64,000 nt of DNA from Candidatus Micrarchaeota archaeon (lineage in GTDB: Archaea; Micrarchaeota; Micrarchaeia; Micrarchaeales; Micrarchaeaceae): the NCBI GenBank assembly GCA_027345565.1, contig DAHWIF010000005.1, positions 13,700 to 77,699 of the forward strand. Reading direction: 5' to 3'. Positions 1-9,200 of this stretch are shown here, piece after piece (position 1 is the first letter of the stretch; every line of letters begins with the position of its first letter). A program made the position numbers and the translations under genes. The notes under the pieces are model-generated. The model was not told the origin of the DNA. It ran no database searches and was given only the letters and a program-made list of their open reading frames with translations.

Positions 1-2232
1 TATGGGTCTTCATGCACGTCCTGCAGCTTCACCCCGTATGTGCCTGCGCCGCTGGTCTTCAACGCAATACACCTGCTCAATTACTCCCAGGTGGTGTATG
101 GGCAGTATTCACCAAAATATGGCTCATTCGGCGGCTACTCAGCCGAGTCCGCATCCGGACCGCCGCTTAATCCGATAACCCAGCACAATGATGTGGCGAC
201 ATCGCTTAACGCCAGCTGGCAGGTAGAATACAGCAGCAGCATGACGCTGAACGGCCCGGTCTATGCCGATGGCATAACGATAGACCCGGGCGTGGTCATA
301 ACCACAGACGGATACCCGATGGCGGCGCTCGACTACATAAATGCCGAGCCAGGCAGCAGCATAGTGGGCGGCTACGCCAACGACGGCGGTGCCTACGGCG
401 CATCCGGCCAGAGCCTCCCGGCATCGTACGGCGGATCCGGCGGCGGCAGCAGCGGCAGCTCAGGCGGCAGCACCCTCGCCTCTGGCGGGGGCGTGAACGC
501 GCCAGGCGCAAGCCCGGCCCTGCCTTCGCAGCCGAGCTCCGCGCTTGTCGCATCGCTAGGTTCAAGCATATCCGCATACCTTACTGGAGCTGGCGGCGCA
601 TCTGGCTCATACACGAGCGCAGGGGGCGACGGCTCCTTCGGCGTTTACCTGCAGGCTGACAGCCTGGAGCTCTCAGGCGCAACTGTGAATGCCGTTGGGC
701 AGGGAGGCGGCGCAGGATCCGGCGGAGGAGGAGGAGGAGTTATAGTGCTGGTGCACGGGGCGTCATTCACACAGCCTAACCACGAATACTACGGCGGCGG
801 GCCTGGAGGCGGAGGCGGCGGCGCAGCAGGCGGATCAGGGAACGTCATGGTCTTCGACGCGGTAACAGGAGGTGTACCTATACAGCTCGCGCAGCTCAAC
901 GCACTGCCGCTAATAGGGGCTGCCTGCAACAGCATAAACTGCAATAGCGTGCCGAACTATTACTATAACCTGGGAGGTGCGAAGACGGACCAGCAGTGCA
1001 CGTTCTCTAACATCTTCTGCGGAAACAGCATATTCGGCTATTCCGCGCAGATTGGCACAGTAAGCGCGCTGCAGCTGTTCTCCGCCCTTGATGTGTATGT
1101 CAGCACCCTGATGCCGACGCTGGACCTGACGTACAATAATGGCTTAGAGGGTTACAACAGGATAAACTACACGTTTGCCGATGAGTTCAACAACATCATA
1201 AACATGCCGTTGGACGCCGACCTCGCCAACATAACGACAATAAGCCTCAACGCGGCTACAACCATAAACGCGCTGGACACCAACGAGACAACGGTAAGCA
1301 TAACCGGCACCGCCGCATATTACCCGAGCATATTCTCGGCGACGCCGTCGCCAGTCCCCACAGGCAGCCCGATATACCTCTATTACGACACAAACATAAA
1401 CTTCTACCAGCCCAGCGGCGAAGTTTTCACGAACCCCGATTCCTATTACATATACGCAGAGCAGTGCGCATTCGCGCCTACGCTCCCGTGCGAGTTCGCA
1501 GACCCTGTGCTTACGACAAACCCGCCTGCCGGGCAGGGCGCGCTGGGCCCAACGGAAGCCAATGTCATAAACTTCAACACCCAGTACAACTCCATAGGGG
1601 CGTGCTCGCCGCCCCCGAACAGCCTGCTGCTGCCTACCAGCACAAATACCGAGGAGTGCAACATCTATCCGAACAACCCGTTCGGGCTGCCCCAGACAGG
1701 CATGAGCGCCCAGAACAAGCTCGAGTACTGTGTACCGTACTTCCAGGACGGCAACGGGGTCCTCACATCGCAGCTCGGCCTGATGGCGATAGTCCCGACG
1801 ACGAGCAACGGGCAGTTCAGCTACTCGTTCAACGTGTGCGGCACCGGAACCGGGCGCGTGACTGCTGGCTATTACGGTTACCCGCCAGGGCAGCCTAGCA
1901 TATTCCTCCAGCAGCCGATCAGCCAGAGCGAGCTCTTGCCTACAAAAGCCTTCATATCCAACCCCGACTATTCGATAAGCAATGGCAATGTGATCGGAAT
2001 GTACGTGCTGCAGAACTGCGGCGGCGGGACGCCGTGCGACATAGCCTCAAACGACCCGCTGGTCTACACAGACGAGTTCAACTATTCGATAAGCCCGAAC
2101 CAGACTATCGTGTCGTTCCCGATAGGCAGCTACCTGCTCTCCTTCGGCGACACCGCTGCGCTTGTGGCGCTGCTCGCCATGCTCGGCATAGTCGGGTATG
2201 TCATTGCTAGGGGAATGATGCCACGGGCATAG
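1..2232 (+). CDS. Large Gly-rich/Cys-containing surface protein with C-terminal TM anchor (5'-partial, frame open from base 1)
   Basis: Frame 1 has no stop from position 1; Gly-rich domain, Cys-rich segments, C-terminal hydrophobic helix (AALVALLAMLGIVGYVIAR). Confidence 0.8.
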   Translation, partial: YGSSCTSCSFTPYVPAPLVFNAIHLLNYSQVVYGQYSPKYGSFGGYSAESASGPPLNPITQHNDVATSLNASWQVEYSSSMTLNGPVYADGITIDPGVVITTDGYPMAALDYINAEPGSSIVGGYANDGGAYGASGQSLPASYGGSGGGSSGSSGGSTLASGGGVNAPGASPALPSQPSSALVASLGSSISAYLTGAGGASGSYTSAGGDGSFGVYLQADSLELSGATVNAVGQGGGAGSGGGGGGVIVLVHGASFTQPNHEYYGGGPGGGGGGAAGGSGNVMVFDAVTGGVPIQLAQLNALPLIGAACNSINCNSVPNYYYNLGGAKTDQQCTFSNIFCGNSIFGYSAQIGTVSALQLFSALDVYVSTLMPTLDLTYNNGLEGYNRINYTFADEFNNIINMPLDADLANITTISLNAATTINALDTNETTVSITGTAAYYPSIFSATPSPVPTGSPIYLYYDTNINFYQPSGEVFTNPDSYYIYAEQCAFAPTLPCEFADPVLTTNPPAGQGALGPTEANVINFNTQYNSIGACSPPPNSLLLPTSTNTEECNIYPNNPFGLPQTGMSAQNKLEYCVPYFQDGNGVLTSQLGLMAIVPTTSNGQFSYSFNVCGTGTGRVTAGYYGYPPGQPSIFLQQPISQSELLPTKAFISNPDYSISNGNVIGMYVLQNCGGGTPCDIASNDPLVYTDEFNYSISPNQTIVSFPIGSYLLSFGDTAALVALLAMLGIVGYVIARGMMPRA

Positions 2233-2299
2233 ACGTCAGTAAACGCACCGCGGGTTAGCTATTTATATCTTGGAAACCATATAGTATAAGGGCGATGGG

Positions 2300-3304
2300 A
2301 TGCTCCCGGTTGTGCTAAGCATAGGTGCGATATACGCCTTCATACCGATAGTCATAATCATAATCCTTATAGCTGCTGCTGTCGGTCTCACAAGGGGCAG
2401 GGACCTTTTCGCCGTGTTCGGCATAGGTGCGCTCATGGGCATAAAGGGCGCGACAGCGACCGGTGGGTCGGGCAGAGGGCTCAAAACAGGGCTGAATGTC
2501 CCGAAAGGCACCCTCAAAGCGGCGAAGTCCACAGGAGGCCTCGGCAAGGGCATTGGCAAGGGCGTATCTAAATCGGCTAAAAAGGGCCCTGAAGGTCCTG
2601 AAGCTGCGCATGTAGAAGCGCTAGCCGCTTCAGGGAGGGATGCGCAGCTTCGCGGCATCAAACCGACAGCTGCACAGGCTGCGGCAATGGCTGCCATGGC
2701 CACGGTCGCCGGGACAGCAACCGGCATGGCGTACAGCGAGTCCAATAGAGTGAAGCTTGTCGAGTCGGAGCAGATCCGCGGCCCATCAAAGGCAGAGCTA
2801 AAGGCGGCATGGAGAGCCGGCAGCAGAGTCGGCGCCCCATTTAGGGCGGTAAGGCTAATTACAGGAAGGAGAGTCGGCCCATCCAGAATGATAGCGCCAA
2901 GGATAGCAAGGAGGACAACCGCCGATAGGAAGATAGGAGAAATACAGAGCAAGTCTACCGACAGGTACGGCGAGCCGCGCTTCCGCATAAGCATCCCTAT
3001 AGTAGGCCTGGCGGCTGCCGGGGCGGCACGCCTCTATGACAGAATGCCTTCTAAGAGAGAAGCCGCGGCCCAACGCCGCGCCTACGAAGAAAGCCTTGGC
3101 GCGCATATGGAATCCGAAAAAAAACCGAAAAGCGACAGGGACAAAATGCTCGTGGAGGAGTTCATCAAGCAGATGCAGAGTTCGGGCCAAAAGATTCCAG
3201 GCAAGAACGCGCTGGCAATGATCACGCTTCACGGCAAGGTTTCAGAAGAGCGTATGAGGCATTTTGGCAAGCGTGGAACCCCGCCGCCGCCTCCCCCATC
3301 ATAG
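2300..3304 (+). CDS. Hypothetical membrane protein (N-terminal TM helix, basic low-complexity tail)
   Basis: 334-aa ORF with hydrophobic N-terminus IYAFIPIVIIIILIAAAVG and a poly-Pro C-terminus. Confidence 0.7.
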   Translation: MLPVVLSIGAIYAFIPIVIIIILIAAAVGLTRGRDLFAVFGIGALMGIKGATATGGSGRGLKTGLNVPKGTLKAAKSTGGLGKGIGKGVSKSAKKGPEGPEAAHVEALAASGRDAQLRGIKPTAAQAAAMAAMATVAGTATGMAYSESNRVKLVESEQIRGPSKAELKAAWRAGSRVGAPFRAVRLITGRRVGPSRMIAPRIARRTTADRKIGEIQSKSTDRYGEPRFRISIPIVGLAAAGAARLYDRMPSKREAAAQRRAYEESLGAHMESEKKPKSDRDKMLVEEFIKQMQSSGQKIPGKNALAMITLHGKVSEERMRHFGKRGTPPPPPPS

Positions 3305-3310
3305 CCGTGA

Positions 3311-4042
3311 CTAAAACCTCTTAACTATCTCATCGCCTATATTCTCCCCTGCGGTTATGCTCGGCAGTATCACCCACGACGCGCCCGCCTTGTCGAGCTT
3401 GGCCATGTTCTCCTCGTCTATCACTCTCGACACGACCTTTATCTCAGGGTTTGCGTCCTTGGCAGTTATGGCTATGAGTGCATTCTTCACATCGTCATCA
3501 TCGCATGCAATCACATAAGATGCCCTGTCGATGCCGGCGTTCTTGAATGAGTCCTCGCCGCGCATTGTGCCCACAACCACAAGCATATCCCTGCTGTAGA
3601 GCTTTGAAGCCTGTAGCTGGTTTTCTGCTAGCACCACGAATTTCATGCCCGCTTTTCGCATCTCCTCCGCGAGGGTCCTAGAGAAGCTGTTGTACGGCAC
3701 TATTATCACATGGCCTTTCAATCGCTTTATCTTTGAAATGCTCAAGTACTCGCTTATGTTTATGCTCCTGAGCAGCTGGGTGAACCACGTAGCCAAGAAG
3801 ACAGTGATGAGGGCGAAGACGAAGGCGTCAAGCAGGCTCGCCACAAGCACGAACGGCGTGTCTGCGAGTTTTGCGGGTATAAGGTCGTAGTAAACGTAAA
3901 GCGCAGCGAGCAGGTTCCACACCAGCGATACCCCTATCTTCACTCCTGCAGCAGCGGTCAGCACCACCGCGACAGTGAAGAGCAGCGCAGCAGTGGCGAG
4001 CAATATGTAGTTTGTATTCCTTCTCTTTATCAGCACCATCAT
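3311..4042 (-). CDS. K+-channel-like 2TM protein with C-terminal RCK/TrkA_N domain (degenerate pore)
   Basis: TM helices followed by HVIIV...AGIDRASYVIACDDDDVKNALIAITAK...VVSRV...KAGA, a TrkA_N pattern. Confidence 0.8.
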   Translation of the reverse strand: MMVLIKRRNTNYILLATAALLFTVAVVLTAAAGVKIGVSLVWNLLAALYVYYDLIPAKLADTPFVLVASLLDAFVFALITVFLATWFTQLLRSINISEYLSISKIKRLKGHVIIVPYNSFSRTLAEEMRKAGMKFVVLAENQLQASKLYSRDMLVVVGTMRGEDSFKNAGIDRASYVIACDDDDVKNALIAITAKDANPEIKVVSRVIDEENMAKLDKAGASWVILPSITAGENIGDEIVKRF

Positions 4043-4812
4043 CTCACCTTTGACCTGATGTAGCTGCCGAGCTCTATGCCAGCCAGCACTTCGGGTATGA
4101 CCACCTGCTCTGCCCCAGCCCTCTGCATCTTTGTCATTATGTCCTCTTCGGACACCCTCGATACTATCCTGACATTACGGTTAAGGTGCCTTGCTGTCAC
4201 TATGCCGAGCAGGTTAGCAGTGTCGTTCTTGGTTGCAAATACCACAGCGCGGGCGCGCCCTATCATTGCATTTACCAGCACATCCTCGTTTGTGAAGTCC
4301 CCGTTTATAGCTATATAGTTCCTGTCGTGCAGCATCTCGATTACGTCCTGGTTGCTGTCCACTACAAGGAATTTCACCTTGCGCTCCTTCAGCTCGTTGC
4401 AGACCCTTTCAGCCATCTTCGCATAGCCGCACACGATCACGTGGTCCTTGAGCCTCCTGGTCGCTATCGCATTAACCCTCGAAAGCAGCGCCGTGCCCGT
4501 TATTATCTCGATTATGGCAGCGAGGGCGAGACCAACTGCCACTATCTTTGCTATGCCGTCTATCACCGTTATCAGTACGATTTCGTCGAAAGCCGTGCTG
4601 AAGGCCGGTGCAAAGGCATTCAGGGCAGGGCCAACGTTTATCCCTATCGCATCGAACAGGGATGCTATTGTGTAGTATGCCGAGAGGTATATGCTGTGCG
4701 ATATGCCGTAGATTATATAGAGGGTGGCAAGACCGAAGATCAGCGCGGCGATAGCAAGCCCCACGAGAGTTTTTCCGGCTATGCTTTTCCTTTCGATCTC
4801 TGGCACGTTCAC
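4039..4812 (-). CDS. K+-channel-like 2TM protein with RCK/TrkA_N domain (degenerate pore)
   Basis: TM-pore helix-TM, then DHVIVCGYAKMA...GDFTNEDVL...DTANL...RAGAEQVVIPE. Confidence 0.85.
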   Translation of the reverse strand: MNVPEIERKSIAGKTLVGLAIAALIFGLATLYIIYGISHSIYLSAYYTIASLFDAIGINVGPALNAFAPAFSTAFDEIVLITVIDGIAKIVAVGLALAAIIEIITGTALLSRVNAIATRRLKDHVIVCGYAKMAERVCNELKERKVKFLVVDSNQDVIEMLHDRNYIAINGDFTNEDVLVNAMIGRARAVVFATKNDTANLLGIVTARHLNRNVRIVSRVSEEDIMTKMQRAGAEQVVIPEVLAGIELGSYIRSKVR

Positions 4813-4820
4813 ATGCGCAC

Positions 4821-5246
4821 CTACTTCAGGAGCTCTCTTACTATCTCCTTGCTCGCGGTCTTCTGCGGCATCACGATGTAATCCGCACCAGCGTCAACGA
4901 GCTTCTCCCTGACGAAATCATCGTTGCTGCGCGTAGCTATGAATATCTTCTTGTTGAGGTCCCTCGCGGTCAGCACCGTGAAGAGGTTCTTTGCGTCGTT
5001 ATCCATCACTATGGCTATCGCTTTCGCATTCGCTATCCCGGCGCTGCGGAGCGTCCTAGATGCCGTTGCATCGCCGTTTATGACCTTGTAGCCTAGCTCC
5101 TCAGCTCTCGCTGCCGTGCGGGGGTCGGACTCCACTATGACGAAGCCTATGTTGTGCTCCAGGAGTATCTCAACGACCTTGCGGCCCACCATGCCGAAGC
5201 CGCACACGATCACGTGGTCGCGCATCTCGAAACGTTTCTCAGCCAT
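4821..5246 (-). CDS. Stand-alone RCK/TrkA_N NAD-binding domain protein
   Basis: HVIVCGFGMVG Rossmann motif, GDAT, DAKNL, AGADYIVMP. Confidence 0.9.
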   Translation of the reverse strand: MAEKRFEMRDHVIVCGFGMVGRKVVEILLEHNIGFVIVESDPRTAARAEELGYKVINGDATASRTLRSAGIANAKAIAIVMDNDAKNLFTVLTARDLNKKIFIATRSNDDFVREKLVDAGADYIVMPQKTASKEIVRELLK

Positions 5247-5327
5247 AAAACCACAGCGCAGTCATCACTTAATATGCAAAACAAGCCTTTAAATTGCGAT
5301 GTGTGGCTGCGTTTATGAATGTTTACT

Positions 5328-5380
5328 TAGCGGCTGTGGCTCAAGAAATCCCCGCCTTTCAAGGCGGCGGATGAACTGAG
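5328..5380 (+). mobile_element. Orphan IS200/IS605-like end hairpin (remnant)
   Basis: GAAATCCCCGCCTTTCAAGGCGGCGGATGAA resembles the ends of the tnpB element at 9211-9244 and 10415-10445. Confidence 0.45.
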
Positions 5381-5542
5381 CTATCGAATCATATGTGCAG
5401 TACATCGAATCGTATTATGCAGTAAGTGTACAAATATGAGCTGCAATTCCTGTTCATGGAGATCGCAAGGGCTATCTTGATTAAAGATAGTTAACTAAAA
5501 GTCCATACGAGCCAAAAACAATATCCAATATCCTATTAACTA

Positions 5543-5615
5543 TAGCTCCACCCAGATTCGAACTGGGGTTCCCAGGTCCAGAGCCTGGTGTCCTTGACCA
5601 CTAGACGATGGAGCT
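5543..5615 (-). tRNA. tRNA-Gln(CUG)
   Basis: Cloverleaf AGCTCCA...TGGAGCT-A with A1-U72 pair; anticodon arm CCAGG-CTCTGGA-CCTGG; T-loop GTTCGAATC; no encoded CCA. Confidence 0.95.
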
Positions 5616-5669
5616 GCGCAACTATATTGTTTGCTAACCTATTTTATAACTGTTGCCCAATTACTGCTG

Positions 5670-6362
5670 ATGATGCGCGAGAATACCTCATGGCATATAG
5701 AGGTCAGGGACATTATCATAGCAGACCTGGTGCTTATCATAGCTATGGCGCTCACCCTCTCCGGTGGCATATTCGGCGCCAGCAATTCGAAGTTCGCCGG
5801 CAACTTCCTGCTCCTCCTCCCGATCGCTGCGATAGGCGTGACGCTGAGTTTCGTCCTCCACGAGCTGATGCACAAGTTCGTAGCGCAGCACTACGGTGCG
5901 ATAGCCGGCTTCCGCACTTCGTTCATGGGCCTCGGCATAACCCTTGCTACGGGCGCGTTCGGCTTCCTCCTCGGCATACCTGGGGCTACGATGATATACG
6001 CCCACAACTTCACTAGGAGGGAGAACGGGATAGTATCGCTCGCAGGCCCTCTCACGAATTTTGTCGTGTTCGGAGCGTCGCTCGCACTCTTTTACATCCT
6101 TGCACCTCCAGCAGGCTCTTACCTGGGCGAGGCGCTCTACTTCACAATCTTCATAAGCATACTCCTTGCCTTCTTCAACATGCTGCCTATATTCCCGCTT
6201 GATGGCAGCAAGGTGCTTGCGTGGAGCGCACCGGTCTACCTCGCCACCATAGGCACGATATTCGTGCTCATGCTGATATTTACACCGATACCGCTCTCGA
6301 CAATAATATTCATGCTGGTAATAGCCCTTTTCTTTTCGCTGTTTTACAGGCGCGCATTCTAG
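5670..6362 (+). CDS. Site-2 protease (M50 family intramembrane metalloprotease)
   Basis: HELMH, AGP and FNMLPIFPLDG motifs; multiple TM helices. Confidence 0.92.
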   Translation: MMRENTSWHIEVRDIIIADLVLIIAMALTLSGGIFGASNSKFAGNFLLLLPIAAIGVTLSFVLHELMHKFVAQHYGAIAGFRTSFMGLGITLATGAFGFLLGIPGATMIYAHNFTRRENGIVSLAGPLTNFVVFGASLALFYILAPPAGSYLGEALYFTIFISILLAFFNMLPIFPLDGSKVLAWSAPVYLATIGTIFVLMLIFTPIPLSTIIFMLVIALFFSLFYRRAF

Positions 6363-6409
6363 GCAAGGTATTAAAGGTTTAGCACAGCACTATACTAAAG
6401 GCGGTATTC

Positions 6410-7690
6410 ATGGCGGAGAACGCTGCACCATCGACGAAGACGACGATAGATTCCCTGGTAGAGCTTCTCAAGAAGAAGGGGAAGATGGACCTTGCTTCGG
6501 TGTCCGTAGCCCTCGGAGTTGACCAGGCGATAGTGGAGAACTGGGCGAAGGTGCTTGAGAAGGGCAACATAGTAAAGATCACTTATGAAGTAGGGAAGAT
6601 GTTCCTCACCATACCGACGCTCTCCGCGGAGCAAGAGGCGACAGAGCGCTCAAAGATAGAGGCGGGGATTTCGGGGCTGACGGCGCAGAGCGAGTCGCAG
6701 ATGCTTTCCCTCGACAAGCTCACAGAGGCGCTAGAATCGATAAAAGGGTCTGTTGCAACCGCGGAGAAGGCCGAGACCAGCGAGATGCCGGAAATACGCC
6801 GCGCGATAGCCGATCTCAACACAATATACGCAACGGTTGAGCAGAGGAATAGGGGACTTGAGCAGATGGCGAAGAAAGCCGAGCAGATATATGATGAGAT
6901 AAACAAGAAGGTCACCGAGCTCAGCACAAGGCTTGGCGGCATAAGCGGCGAAGGGAGCACGAAGGGAGTCGACGATGCCAGGCAGGAGCTTGCATCCATA
7001 TCGAAATCGATCGCAAGCGTAAACTCAGAGATATCCGCGGTTGGCAAGAGCAGTTCCGAATCTATGGACCAGATAAGAAGGAGCGTGATAGAGCAGTCCA
7101 AGGCGCTGGAGAGGCAGATAGAGCAGTCTAAGAAGGAGATGAATGCTAAGCTTAGTGAATACGCAAAACAGGCGGATGCCATAGAGAGCCAGCTCAAGGA
7201 CCGGGTCAGGGCCATAAGCTCCAGCGTGGACGAGCTGAACAGTTTCTCCAAGGAGCGGGAGAAGCAGCTGCGCAGGCTGCGCGATTCCAGGGTCGAATTC
7301 AACGATTATTATGTGAAGATGAGCGAGGAGCTCAAAGCACAGAGGGCGTCGGCCGATGCGATATCAAAAGAGGTGGGTGAGAAGGTTGCGAAGCTGAAGG
7401 CGGGTTTCGGCGAAGCCGCAGAGATCGATGACACTCTTAGCACGTTGAAGAGCCAGATGGCTGGCCTGGAGAAGGAGATAGCAGACGCGCGCCAGGATGT
7501 AACTGACATAATAAACAAGCTGCGCGCCTTAAACGCGCTCTCATCAGCGCCCACCGGGCAGGAGATGGCTGCGCTGAGCACCCTGCAGAAACGGGCATCA
7601 GCTGCAAGGTCAAAGGTCTCCAACATAAATGATAAAGTGGAGAACGCCAGGTCGGCCGCGAGCAAGATAGCTGAAAAGAAAAAGAAGTAG
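6410..7690 (+). CDS. Long coiled-coil protein with N-terminal wHTH-like segment, first gene of pilus operon
   Basis: N-terminus IDSLVELLKKKGKMDLASVSVALGVDQAIVENWAKVLEKGNIVKI followed by about 350 aa of heptad-like E/K/L/S/A sequence. Confidence 0.75.
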   Translation: MAENAAPSTKTTIDSLVELLKKKGKMDLASVSVALGVDQAIVENWAKVLEKGNIVKITYEVGKMFLTIPTLSAEQEATERSKIEAGISGLTAQSESQMLSLDKLTEALESIKGSVATAEKAETSEMPEIRRAIADLNTIYATVEQRNRGLEQMAKKAEQIYDEINKKVTELSTRLGGISGEGSTKGVDDARQELASISKSIASVNSEISAVGKSSSESMDQIRRSVIEQSKALERQIEQSKKEMNAKLSEYAKQADAIESQLKDRVRAISSSVDELNSFSKEREKQLRRLRDSRVEFNDYYVKMSEELKAQRASADAISKEVGEKVAKLKAGFGEAAEIDDTLSTLKSQMAGLEKEIADARQDVTDIINKLRALNALSSAPTGQEMAALSTLQKRASAARSKVSNINDKVENARSAASKIAEKKKK

Positions 7691-7700
7691 GTAGGTTTGA

Positions 7701-9200
7701 TTGGAGCAAAAAGACGCCGAAAAGGTTCTTGCCGAGTACAGCCTTAATGCGAACGGCATGCCGATAAATGTAAGGATAGCACAGACTGCGGATTACGTAC
7801 CGATATACAACATGAGCATACCAGGCCTGAGCGACCCTACCAAACTACTCCTCTTCTCACTAAGGGGTGAGCTTGTCGCAATGGTGACGGTTGACACCAC
7901 GCGCATACAGGACAGGAAATATCTAGAGGAGGTAAACAGAAAGTACATCGAGACAAGCAGCACACTGATAGACAAGTACCTGCCAGCCACCCCAACCGAA
8001 ACAAAATCGCTACTGATCGCCTATATAATAAACATGATGCTGGGCCTCGGGGACCTCGAGGCCCCGCTGGCCGATGACAACCTTGAGGAGATAACGGTCA
8101 ACGGCGCTGCGAACATGATATGGGTGTTCCACAAGCAGTTTGGTTGGTGCAAGACAAACATGAAGCTGGCCAACGAGGAGATGATATACGACTACGCCGA
8201 GCAGATAGGAAGGCGGGTCGGCAGGGAGATAAACAACCTATCTCCGCTCATGGATGCAGTGCTGCCTGACGGATCTAGGATGAACGCCACGCTCTACCCA
8301 GTGTCGCAAGTCGGCAACACCATAACGATAAGGAAGTTCGCGAAGAATCCGTGGACGATGCCAGCTATGATTAAGAACCAGACAGTGAGCTCAGAGATAG
8401 GCGCGGTGGTGTGGTTGTGCATACAGAACGAGATAAGCCTTCTGATATCAGGGGGTACCGCGAGCGGCAAGACCAGCCTGCTCAACTCCTCAAGCATTTT
8501 CTTTCCGCCGAGCCACAGGGTTGTGTCTGTCGAGGAGACCAGAGAGCTCACCCTGCCGAGCTTCCTCCAATGGGTGCCCATGGTCACCAGGCAGCCTAAT
8601 CCAGAAGGCAAGGGAGAGGTGACACTTTACGACCTTACAATAAACGCGCTTAGGCAGAGGCCGGATATAGTCGTCGTTGGGGAGATAAGGGTCAAGAAGG
8701 ATGCTGAGACCCTCTTCGAAGCGATACACACTGGCCACGCGGTGTACGGCACTGTGCACGCGGACAATGCGCAGGATACGATAGTGAGGCTGACAAACCC
8801 CCCGATAGAGGTCCCGAAGATAATGCTGAACGCGCTTGGCGCCGTCATGGTCGCATTCAGGCACAGGAATAAGGGCATAAGGCGCATACTCGAATACGGT
8901 GAAGTGCTTAGGAGCGGGGATGTCAACGTGCTGTACAAATGGAGCCCGAGGAGCGACAGTTTTCCGCAGATAGGGGACATGACGAGGCTTGCCGACACGC
9001 TGATGCTGTATTCGGGGTACACCGCGAAGGAGATAGACGACGACATTGTGGAGAAGATGTCCATACTCGACTGGATGGTGAAGAATGATGTCGTGTCTGT
9101 GGACGACGCTGGATTCGTAGTCGCCAACTATTACAAGAACAAGGACAAGGTTTTGGGCATAGTGAGGGATAATGCAGCATTTTCAAGGGATATATTTTAA
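7701..9200 (+). CDS. Type IV pilus/type II secretion ATPase (CpaF/VirB11/ArlI-like)
   Basis: Walker A GGTASGKTS, Asp box VSVEETRE, LRQRPDIVVVGEIR, His box TGHAVYGTVHA. Confidence 0.95.
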   Translation: MEQKDAEKVLAEYSLNANGMPINVRIAQTADYVPIYNMSIPGLSDPTKLLLFSLRGELVAMVTVDTTRIQDRKYLEEVNRKYIETSSTLIDKYLPATPTETKSLLIAYIINMMLGLGDLEAPLADDNLEEITVNGAANMIWVFHKQFGWCKTNMKLANEEMIYDYAEQIGRRVGREINNLSPLMDAVLPDGSRMNATLYPVSQVGNTITIRKFAKNPWTMPAMIKNQTVSSEIGAVVWLCIQNEISLLISGGTASGKTSLLNSSSIFFPPSHRVVSVEETRELTLPSFLQWVPMVTRQPNPEGKGEVTLYDLTINALRQRPDIVVVGEIRVKKDAETLFEAIHTGHAVYGTVHADNAQDTIVRLTNPPIEVPKIMLNALGAVMVAFRHRNKGIRRILEYGEVLRSGDVNVLYKWSPRSDSFPQIGDMTRLADTLMLYSGYTAKEIDDDIVEKMSILDWMVKNDVVSVDDAGFVVANYYKNKDKVLGIVRDNAAFSRDIF

